A DNA stretch of 64,000 nucleotides from Vicugna vicugna (taxonomy: Eukaryota). Shown in pieces: positions 53,570 through 64,000 of the stretch (positions are counted from its first letter, which is position 1; every line of letters begins with the position of its first letter). Where the stretch lies: NCBI GenBank assembly GCA_013265495.1, contig MU057651.1, positions 620,001 through 684,000 of the forward strand, written 5' to 3'. Under the pieces are notes generated by a model, which had not been told where the DNA came from, searched no databases, and was given only the letters and a program-made list of their open reading frames with translations. The position numbers and the translations under genes were made by a program.

Positions 53570-54480
53570 TTGGGTGTGTTACTGTGTGTGTGTGTGTGTG
53601 TGTGAGCGAGAAAGTGTGTGAATGTTGCAGTACCAGTGTGGGGGTGTGTATAAGAGTCTCGGAAATTATACATGGGTGTGTACGTGACAGTGTGTCACTA
53701 TTAGCACTATTGTGACTCTGTGTCAAAATGAGTGTTTCCATGTGTAGATGAGATGATGTGTGAATATGATGGCATTAGAGTGATTGTGTCAGTGCTGAGT
53801 ATAGCAATGGAAGAGAATAGAATTCTGAGTGTAAGAAAACAGAAGAGTTTAAATGGCTGAGATTGTGTTTATGGTGTGGGCATGTACAAGCGTGAACATA
53901 TGAGCATGTGTGTGTCCCTGTGAGTTATAAGCCACGTGAACGAGGTGATTTCAGTGCACATGTGTTGGGAGTGTATGAAATTGAGTGCGTGTACGACCAT
54001 ATGAGAAACTGGCGGAGGAAAGTCAACGTAAGAATGTGTTTAGAGTGTGTGTGATTGTATAGGAATTTGATGGTTAAGGGTGACTGTATCATATGTGTGG
54101 ATGTGAGTGTGTAGGTCTGACTGGGAAACTGTGAGGATGTAAGAGAGAACATAAAGGTGTGAGTGGATGAGACTGTGAAGGTGGGGTGTATGGTAAGTGT
54201 GAGTGTGTGTTGGTACAGAATAGTGAATATATAAATGGGAGTCTGTATCAGTGTTTGGCAGTATGGATGAACCTATATGCAGTGTGTTCATAAATGTGAC
54301 CGTGTGTGAGGATGTGGGGGTAAGAATGATCATCACTATGAATGTGTCCAGTGTGAACAATGAGTGTGAATAAAGGAGGTAAAGATGATCGTGTGAATAT
54401 ATAAGAGTGTGTGAGTGGACTTGAGAGAGCGTGTGTGGATGTGTGTGTGTGTGCACATGCACGCACATGTGCATGAGTGA
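53570..54480. repeat. Degenerate TG-rich low-complexity region
   Basis: ~900 bp enriched in gtgt/gtga/atgt, with pure (TG)n tracts near both ends. Confidence 0.75.
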
Positions 54481-56166
54481 GCACTGGAGGGTACCAAAAT
54501 AATCTGGGATGCTGAGAAACTCTCCAGGAAGTGTCTTTCTTCCCAAAGTCACAATGTGTCTAGTTTGAGGCAGGTTCCTTAGCCCATCTCAACTTCTATC
54601 TCCTCAGGGGTAAAACAGTGAGGCTAAAAATATCTACCTTGAGCCAGTATCACTTTTATAATCCAAAACAAAACCAGTAACTCTTAGAGAAAAACACCTA
54701 CCTTGTAGAGTTACTATAGGATCAAATGGTCTCATGCACGTAAAATGTCTAGCTCAGAGCTGGCAACAGTGGGCACTCAATAAATACAAGTTATTATTGT
54801 GGCTGTCATAGAACACCCAGGAGAAACCCAGGGGCTTACATCTTATTTTAGCCAGTTCTAGTTACCTTCTGTTGCTCAAGCTCTATAGAGGATCCCCTGC
54901 CGGAGAGCATCTCTAGAAAGTTGAATGCATCAGTATCGGCAAGGCTGTAATTTCATACCTTCAATTTCACAGCCTAAACTCTAGAGCTTCCCCTCCATGA
55001 GAAGGCATCACAGAAACAGCTGCCACTGAGCTGCAGTTTTCCTTTGTCCTTGCAGCCCCAGGACAGGCTCAGTGTGAAAGTGAACTATGCTGCATATTCC
55101 TCCTTTGGTTTTTGTTTAGGTTGTTTGTTTTCTTGTTAGGTTTTTTTTTTTTGGTTGTTTGGATGTGACTTGGGCAATACAAGAGACACCTAAGTAACTG
55201 ACAAAGAGACAGAAGACCAGACAGAGAGACAGAGGGATGGTAAGATACAAACAGATAGCTGGACCGCAGCATATAGCAACAGAAGACCAGACAGAGAAGA
55301 CAACAGAGGAAGCTGTAATGGCTGCCTGAGAGGAAAAGAGACAGGTAGATGATCAGAGAGGCAGACCAAGAAACCTGAGAGAAGTGGAGAGGAAGAGAGA
55401 GTGGCCCAAATCAAAAAGCTGCCGTGGAACTGTCAGGCACCTGCGAGAGAGACTGGAGACCTGTGAAATCTAGTTCCTACTCCTGAACAGCTTACAGTCT
55501 AGTTTACCTGCCAAGATGAATACTCCAGAAACCATGCAAGAATTAGTTAAGGCAGCAGAGAAGCAAGGGCCACACTCTATGCTAAAGACTCAAGTGTTAT
55601 TGAAGAGTGGGGGAGGAAATGCTCCCTGGTTGGGTGGGAAGGCAGAGGAAAGGTTTAGAAGGTTTAACTTAAGGCTGCCAGGCCCAGAAGCTGGGATGGA
55701 CGGGGTGGGGGTACACTTTGAATAGGAAGGTAAAATTCAGGTTATGAGGCAGTAGAAATTATAGGAACCAATCAGCGAATTGGTGGCATGTGGCCGAAAT
55801 GCCACTTCAACATCAGGAAAGCCAGAGGAAAGGAAATGACAGCTTGATGGAAAGCATGTCTGTGTTACACTGAAGCTCTTAGATGGAGCTTGACATCTGC
55901 AAAGGACTTGGCAATGACTGTTAGGTGCTTTCTCCTACTCACTCCAGGATGTAGGTCAAGGCTGTCATTCCCATATTAGAGACTGGGGAACCAAGAGAAC
56001 CAGGGCAGCTATACTGGGCACAATCCTCCAGAAAAGAGAGACTGTGCCCTGAGGCCTGGCTGGTGAGGCCCAGGCAGGGCCTTTAATATCAAGAGCTCTG
56101 GTGGAAAGGTGGCATTTACCTGGATTTGGAGATCCCTAACTCCCTGCCCTGGAAGCCATTACTCAC

Positions 56167-56314
56167 CTCACACCGCCACCGCTGCAGGACCTCAGCACAG
56201 GTGGGTGCTGCCCATGAGAAGGGGCCGGGCTGCCTTCAGCTCCGATGGACTCAGTGCTAGGCACACCAGCTGCCACAAGATGCAAGGACTCAGCTGCCTT
56301 TTCTTGGGGGAAAC
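56167..56314 (-). other. PAK3: Probable PAK3 non-coding 5'UTR exon (148 nt)
   Basis: Acceptor atgcttctctcggcag|GTTT and donor GAG|gtgagt enclose a GC-richer unique segment between the promoter and first coding exon. PAK3 is known to have several 5'UTR exons. Confidence 0.7.
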
Positions 56315-59300
56315 CTGCCGAGAGAAGCATTGTGGGGGAGCAGGAACCTCTTTCCCTACCTGCTATTGCTCCCTCGTCCAACCCCCCAAACATCACACAC
56401 ACACACACTACAGTGAGTCTCAGAAACTCCCTTAAGAAGACAGAGAATCATAGTCGAGAGGTGAAAAAAAAAAGCCTTGGTATGTAGGAGTCCAGAAAAG
56501 GCAGTGAACTGGGAGTTTCAAGTTGAGAACTGCTGTCACTTCACCACTCTGGATCTGCTTGCTAGCGAGTGGAAAAGACCTGCCGTAGTCACCTTGGACA
56601 AGTGTTGGGAGCACCAATATTACAGATGTGAAGTATCTGCATATTCACAGCAGATGGTACAGTCCAGTGAACAATAGGAAACTGCAAGATGATGGCAAAG
56701 GCAGGTTTGGCTCTGAGGATACCTGAGCTTCCTGAAGACCCCGCTGTTCAGTTTATGTCATCCCTCAACTCCAAGTCTCCACCACCATTTCCATTTCCTT
56801 TTTCAACAGCTTCCTTCACTGGGTTGGTGGGCAGGGTAGGGGGAGCATTTTGAGGTTCCCTAATTTGCTATCATCTCACAGCTGCTGAGGGCCTCTGAGC
56901 CTAATCTCCACCACAGGGATGTCTTCCATACTCTTTCCTAGATTTCTTTGGGTGAATACATCCTGGGGTTTTAGAGGGTTACAATTTACCCTGTCTTCCC
57001 CCAAAGAGGGTTCCATGGCCAACTATGACAGAGACAGGGCTTCTTTACCGCTCCCCGCCTTTCTGCCTTTCCCCACAATCGCTTGAGCCTCTCAAGGAGA
57101 CTGATATTCCCTTGATAGGACCCCAAGCTCTGAAATCCTTCCTAACCTTCCCCCTCTTTTCTCCATGGTGTTTGTCCTCGAAGAGCAGCACCTCTGTGCT
57201 AACTTCTAATAGAACCAGATCCAGGCTAGCACACATTCTATTAGAGGATTCCAGAATGCACAATGTCCTGATCCAAAGACATGGATGGACGGTTGGATAT
57301 CTAAAGATGGAGACAGTAAAACTGAAGCCTCAGGGAGCCAAGAAAAGCCCCATTATTCCCAATTTTCCCCCTTGAATAAAAAGACCAAGCCTTACCCCAG
57401 GTCTGCCAGTTGCTGCTGGCAAGCCTCCAGAGCACGTCTGTCCCCCAGCGGCCCTGGCATTCCCTGTGAGCTTCCCACGTGCACACTCCGAGGAGCCTTT
57501 CCAAATTCTACCCACTGCGCCGCTGAGCGGTGTGCCCACCCCCTCTCCCGCTGCATGAGCTCATCCTGCCAGGGCGTGGGGTAGGGGTAAGGGAGGGAGG
57601 GCTGCCAAAGCTCCAGAGAGGGGTGGGACTCGGAGAGGGCTCAAGAAGAAGGACTATAGAAAGTCCCCTGCCCGTCCCCAGGTAGGGAGGAACACTACAG
57701 GGACTCAGAGGGGGGAAAGGGGGACAAGTGCACCAACTGGTACTAACCAAGCACCAACAGGTCTCTGTGCAAGATCAAGAGCTTTCCTTAGGGCTACCTC
57801 CACCTTCCCTCGGCCGCTTAATAACTCCATGGCAGCCTGCTTGGAACCCACAGGTTGGGCAGCTGGAGCCAGTGCACGTGCAAATAGCAGGACACGGAGC
57901 TCCACCTGGTGGCCACACTCCTCTCACCTGTCTGCGGGTATGCTGTGTCGGAAGTGGGGGGGGTGCGTCCTGTGCATGAGTACATACGGGGTCAGATATA
58001 TCTGAGCTGCATCCTGCACCACTTTGTATTTGTGTGCCTGTACCAGGACGTGTGTGTGTGTGCGTACGTGCAGTGTTTATATCGCTCTGTGTATGTGACC
58101 TTGCCAGTGCCATCTTGTGCACGTGCTGTGGGTCTGCACTGTGCTGCATGTGCATTGTATCCATTCTGCGCTATGGAGTGCCTGTGCCTACCCTATAGCA
58201 TGTGTCCTATGTCTATGCCACATTGTGTATCTGCATCTTGTTGGGTGTCTATGCTGCCTTGTGCGTACACTGTGGTCTAACCTCCTGCTGGAGGCTGGGC
58301 TAGAGATATGCGCACTCATCAAGTGCCTACCAGCACCACGCCTTGCTGCGTTCCAGCTTCCTGCTGGCATCTTGTCTGGGGATTAGGGCTGCCACCTTTT
58401 TGGTGGGGCAGGGAAGCTGTAGACAAACACTCTCTCTCTTCCAGGGCCCTCCCATGGCAAGTGCCTGGACCAGCACTGAAGATAGGTGGGAACGTTCTGG
58501 AACCCTTTTCAGGCCCAAAGAAGGAAACTGGGCACTAGGGGCATGGCTCCCTCTCTCAACTCCCAGCGCCAACTACGTGTGAAATGGGCCTGCAGGAAGC
58601 TGCTGCCGCCTGAGTTTCTCCTTCAGGCCAGTTGGAAGGACTAGAGCCCTTCTCCACAGGGAGTAACAGTTGCACAGGGGGTGAAGCACTGGCTCCGGAG
58701 CTGGGCCCCAGGGACATATGGAGAGCTCTGCCAAAGGTGTTCTCATTGAGGTCACTAGAGGGCGCGATTGTGCTGAATGTTAGGGGTAGAGTCTCTTGAG
58801 AGTGCAGAATTCCAAAAAGTCTGCCTGGCTCAGAAAGAGAGAGAGGGGTGAGAAAGATAGGGAAAGGATGCACACCCTAAGCCAGGCCCTTCCTTCACCC
58901 TCACCCCAAGCCCTTCTGTTCTGAGACTGAGCTAGGGAGTCAGGGCCACTAATGTGTAGCTGCTCCCCTCACCCCCACGATGTAAGATCTGTACCAGATC
59001 CCCCACAGAGCTTTGCACGAGCTTGGTTATAGGGGCAGATTCTCCACTCGGGCATCTCTTCCCCTCCTGCTCCCACTCACATGAATAAAAGTAAGGCTGC
59101 ACTGCTGAGAGAGATGAAATGTGTGTAGTGGTTGTGTGTTCGTTGCCTGTCTTCCCTTCAACTGGAGAGCATACCAAAAAGCGTGATGTAGAAGGAGTAA
59201 ATGGAGTGGGGGGAATCATTGCCAAGAACAAATGGACCCACTTCCTAAAATGTCACCACCACCTTAGAAACCACCTAGTCCAACCTCATCATTTGAAAGA

Positions 59301-62089
59301 CAAGGAAACTGAGGCCCAGAAAGGGATAGAAACACTCAGACCCAAACCCCTGACTTCTGACTCCCAAGGTTGGTTCCACCCCAGCTCCTGGTCCTCTAGT
59401 CCATAAAAGACTTCCTTCTCCAAATCCAGCACCTTCCCACCCCAGGGCAAAACCACGGCCTCCACCTCCCCTGGGTGGACTCCAAGACCATCCTATTCCA
59501 TCTCAGTGACCAGGCGCGCCCAGGCCTTTCCGTGATTTCCACTCCCCACCAAGAAACCGTTCATCTCTTTCCAGTCTTCAAGGTCCATTTCCCCCATCTT
59601 GCATCCCGCTCGCAGACCCAGCTGTGGCTAAGCCATTTTGCCCCTGCTCACAATCCCCTGGCAGCACAGATTGCCCCAACCTGCAGATAATTGACCGGTT
59701 GTGCAAATCAGACAGGGATCCATCTTATTGATTAACATTTCCAATTAAACTCCGTGTTAGGCTGTATGAGAGACTCCAGCAATCACCGCGGGCGTAAATG
59801 CAAATTCCTTCCAAAGTTGCAGAGCGCGGTAGGAAGCGACACCTTTCTGGGAGGAAACGGAAACAGACTGCCAGAGCCGAGGGTTCATTTGGTTCTCTGG
59901 TACCTCTAAATCCGATTTGAAAAGTACGGCTGTTAACTTGATGGAGGCTCAGACTTCACCCCTGAAATGGAGGACCCTGGCCCCGCGCTGCTGCGTGCTC
60001 TCTCCCGCCCCCTGCTGGAGAAGCCGTGTAGTGCCGAGCTAGCCGGCGAGTCCACCCCAGGCCCTGTAGAGGGAACCACCTAGACTCTGGCAGGCAGTGG
60101 GGATGCTGGGGGACAACAGGACATCTGAAGCTTAAGCTGCACCCTAAATGCCTCAGAAACTTCACTTACCTTCTAGGGCAGTGGTTTTCGCCACCCCTGG
60201 TCAGCTCGGGGTCCCATGGGCCCCTGGGAAAGAGGGCTTCCTTTTTTGAGTACAAGCAGATACCTCCACACTGGCAGCTGGGGCCCTAGACTGGGCCCAG
60301 ACCCACCCCATATAGAAGTAGTCAACCTACCTGTCTCCACCAGATTTGAAGCTCCCCAAGTCCCCTTTGGGGCCCTGGCCCCCTACTCACTTCTTACTCA
60401 GGAGGAAGAGCCAGTGTTGAGGCTGTAGCTCATTGAGTTTCTTTTCCTTCCTGTGACCAAAGCTACTGGTGCCTGAAGATGGGTTACATGGGTGCGAACA
60501 CTACTATAGATTCTTCAACTACGGAGAAGTTGTCCCCCTAAGTCTGGGCTGAGCCACAGGTGCCTTAACCACCAAAATTTCTCCCATCTCACCAAGGAAA
60601 TCAGGGCCTTTGGGCTCCTGGTAAAATGATGTCTCTCTCTTCTTGTCTCTCCCTCCCTCTCTCTATGGATTTGTTCCTACCTACTCTATCTGATTCTTAG
60701 ATCCGATTTTTTTTGCCTTGGCTATCAACTTTGAACTCATAGTAGCTTAGTCTCTGACCTCGTACTAACAGGGTCTCTGATGAGGGCAGCACCTCCCCAT
60801 CCCCGCAGTGATTCCTCATTTCCCTCTCCTGTCATGCCCATCCACTCCCTTCCCCCCAAAGACCTCAGCAAGCTTGTTTGCTCTGTATTCAATTTCTGCC
60901 CCCAACTAGAAGATCTGCAACCTGTGGGAATGGACAGCTAGTTGGCATGTCCTTAGTTAGGGTGTTGTTGCTTGCACCCCTATCACAGGCAAACCTCCTT
61001 TTCCTGTTAGGTGTCTTGCCTTGTAGGCAAGGCCCACTTGCCTGCCTGGAGGCTTGGAGGGTTTGCTCCCTGACATCCCAAGGTCCCCCTGGCCTTGACT
61101 CGCAGCTGTTGGCTTTTTCTCAGCATACATCCTGGTCTCTTGCCATTTTGCTTCTTCCATGGGGGAGCAGGGTAGGATATTTGTATCCAGAAACAAGCTT
61201 ACATGGCTCTATCCAAGCCGGGGCTTGTTAATCATCCATGACCCTATTAAGCCCCTTTGCCCAAAGGTGTCCCTGATTGTCAGAAGCCTCTGACACATCA
61301 CAGACCTGCCCAATTTATAATTTTGCTGATGGCCCAGTGAAAACCGCACTGACCTTTATACCTCGGTCATCCCAGAACAGGGCCACAGTGCTGTCACCAA
61401 CAGGAATGGACCTCCTTCTGTTCCAACACCTCAGACAGCCATACAGTTGGCCTGGATTTGAGTCTGCAAAACCATGGGGGGAGCAAGACTAACATGGCTA
61501 AAGGCTTCCCTGTTGAAAGCCATTTTTTAAAAATAGCACTGCAACCGCCCCCTTCATGCCTCCCAAAGCCAAGCCACTCATCCTGCTCTCCTTCATCTCT
61601 ACAGACCACAGCCTGGAACCCTCAAGTCCAGAGTCTGGCCTTGGACTCTGGAAGGTGGGACCGAAAAAACAAGTGGGGCCTCTGGCTCCCTCCCTGCGGG
61701 CACCGCCCTCCCACAGCTCCCCACCCCACCCCTCAACCACCACCTAGGGAAGGAAAACCTGCAGAGAACAAGAATCTAAAATGGTCAATCCGTCCGAAAC
61801 TGTGGCAGGAATCTTGCCAGAGCCAGTTCACAATCTGAGGGCAAGGTCCCCCTGCAAGCTGAGGGGGACAGGGAAGGGGGGCAGTGGACCTTATGACCCT
61901 GCTCCCCAGACAAAGACGACGGCCAACTGAGGGACCCCGGGCTTTCTAAGGACATTATTGCATCATTCCAGTCCCCACAGAGGAAGAAAAGAGTCCTCCT
62001 GTCATGGTCCTCCCACCACCAAAAAAGGGGAGGGGGATAAAGAAAAATAAAAGGGGAAAGGCGCCCGTTTAAGAAAATCGTCACTTTTT

Positions 62090-62930
62090 CGGTTTGCTCT
62101 GATCGGACTGTGCCCCCTCCTCCGGACTTGCCGGGGCCGCGGCCACACCCCCTCCCCTTTGGATGGGGGAGCTGCCGGCGCTGCTACAGTGGCTGGGGGA
62201 GGGGGGGCGGGAAAACGGTATAAGACTTACAGGCTGACGTAGCTTTTGGGGCGGATTTTGCCTCAAGCGGCCCAGGCCCCGGTAAACGAGTCTAGGGCTT
62301 GACCCCTCCAAGGGGCCCAGGTCCTCCGGGAATGGCCCCGACACACCCACTTGTCCGCGTTTGCGAGCCGGGATCGTGCAAACTGTTCGCTGGCTGTCAG
62401 GGCTCCGGGGGAGCCACGGAGGGGACTCGAGGCCGGGACGCCGCGACATCCATAGGAGGGTCCGGGAAGGCAGAAAACCTGCCCAGCGGCCTAAAAGCAG
62501 AGCCCAGCGGCCACCCCCTCCCCAGAGCGAGCCAAATGCCATCCATCGCGGGATTTACCTGCCACTGGTCCAGCCACCCCGTCCAGACCTCTCCTCTCCC
62601 TCGGAGCGCTGGGGCTGGCTGGCGGGGCTGGGGAGCCGCAGCCCCGCGGCCGCGGCCGCAGCCCCGGGCCCGGCCCGCTCCCCACCCCACCCCCCCGGCT
62701 CTCCCCCCGGCCCCGCACACTCGCTCCGGGCCGGGGAAAGCCGCAGCCCCCTGCGCGAAACCCCAGACGGTCCGCTGCCCACAGCTGCCCGCCCGCGGTC
62801 GAGCCCTGCTCGGCAACCGCTCCCTCGCCCTGCTCCGCTATGACGTCACCCGGGCTCTGCACCGCACGGAGGCCAATCAGAGCGGGCGGAGAAAACTAAA
62901 ATCACCCTGAGTGGGCTACTGGGGACCAAT
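62090..62930 (-). promoter_or_regulatory. CpG island / PAK3 promoter with CRE, CCAAT boxes and GC box
   Basis: Dense CpG and high GC; TGACGTCA 62841-62848; CCAAT 62873-62877 and 62925-62929; GGGCGG 62884-62889; minus-strand donors CAG|gtaaat (exon edge 62559) and CCT|gtaagt (exon edge 62231) may end first exons. Confidence 0.8.
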
Positions 62931-63398
62931 CTTTTGTTTCCAGGCAGGAAGCGCCTGGGAGGAAAAAAAAAATGAAGGGGAGGGAACAGGGAGAGGGAAA
63001 GGAAAAGGAGATGGAAACTTCTACACTGTCAGGGTTGTCTAGACAGAGGTGGGGCGGTCGAGAAAGAGGCGCACCTGATAGCAAGGAGTGGAGGGGCTTA
63101 TTTCGTATGTCTTCCTCAACTGCACCCCCCCAGGAAGACTGGGCTTTCAGATACATTTTCAGAGGAGGAGATCTGTCCAGCTACACAAGCACTCCTTACA
63201 GGGAGCAAATGGTTTGGATTTGGGACACCACCTGTCAGGTAAGTAGGTTGCACTGACGGAGTCTCTGGAATCCACAGTAAACTGAGAGAGGCAGATATGG
63301 CAGTGGGATTCAAAGAGATGGCAGTCTAGATACGGAAACCGCCTTTCTGCACATGAAGCACATTCTTTAAAAAGCATTATAGAAAAAGAATATCTACT

Positions 63399-63399
<1 letters not shown>

Positions 63400-63439
<40 letters not shown>

Positions 63440-63455
63440 TACACATACACATATA
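63400..63455. repeat. (TA)n(CA)n compound microsatellite
   Basis: Seen directly. Confidence 0.9.
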
Positions 63456-64000
63456 CCGTTATATTGACAATCATTAAGATGTGGCTCTCCTTGTCCATCC
63501 TGTCCCTAAAACCTTCCATGGCATCTCTTCTGTTTAAGAAAAAGTTCAAATTTTTGCTGGTGTCAGAAAGCCTTCTAAAATCTAACTTCAAATATTATCT
63601 CTTGCTACTCCAAAATCCATCCACCCTAGGATTTGACTAGATTATGCAAATTAGGGTAAATCCTAGCAAGGAGACCATAAGCTGTCATCAAAAATGACAA
63701 AAAATACAAAATAATAAGTACATTTTGAATTATAACGATGAGAAATATGCCTGCAGAATAAAAAGATCAGAGATGAACATAAAATTATAATAGTTGGGTT
63801 AAAGAAGTAGGATTATGGGTGAGTTTTCTTCTTCACTTTCAAACTTCTTTTTATAAAGATAAATGTGTCCTCACATCCTTAAATGGTCAAGTTCGGCCAT
63901 GACCCTCCCCATTGACTTTTATCCAATTTTCTCAACACTTCATAACACCCAGCAATCACTTCTCCATAATGCCAACAAAAATAAGTTTCAAGACCAAGAG

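Noticed and set aside
54040..54552. 170-aa His/Thr-rich ORF
   Set aside because: Artefact of the TG/CA low-complexity tract.
62081..62910. Overlapping long ORFs (up to 203 aa) on both strands
   Set aside because: Expected from stop-codon scarcity in a GC-rich CpG island; Pro/Arg/Gly-rich with no recognisable domain.
55000..63000. Search for a REST/RE1 silencer near the promoter
   Set aside because: Only partial half-site-like matches seen; not supportable by eye.

Overview
Mammalian genomic DNA, probably camelid (two tRNA-derived Vic-1-type SINEs; PAK3 is X-linked in mammals). The window holds the 5' half of PAK3 (p21-activated kinase 3) on the minus strand. It has a CpG-island promoter at ~62.1-62.9 kb, a likely 148-nt 5'UTR exon, six constitutive coding exons (codons 1-255 plus one base; kinase-domain exons lie left of the window) and the two known brain cassette exons c (63 nt) and b (45 nt) in the CRIB/autoinhibitory region. 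Introns carry L1, L2, MIR, hAT MITEs, SINEs and microsatellites. The most unusual element is a decayed full-architecture pogo/Tigger-type transposase frame (33.7-35.8 kb), co-oriented with PAK3 just downstream of the first coding exon. It has an acidic SIM-like linker and a triplicated ~50-aa C-terminal module whose best-aligned blocks differ mostly at synonymous positions, suggesting a dead, formerly domesticated TIGD-like gene. Several candidate poison or cryptic exons and splicing-regulator motif clusters surround exons b/c. Repeat family names come from recognition of consensus motifs, not a database search, and repeat boundaries are approximate.
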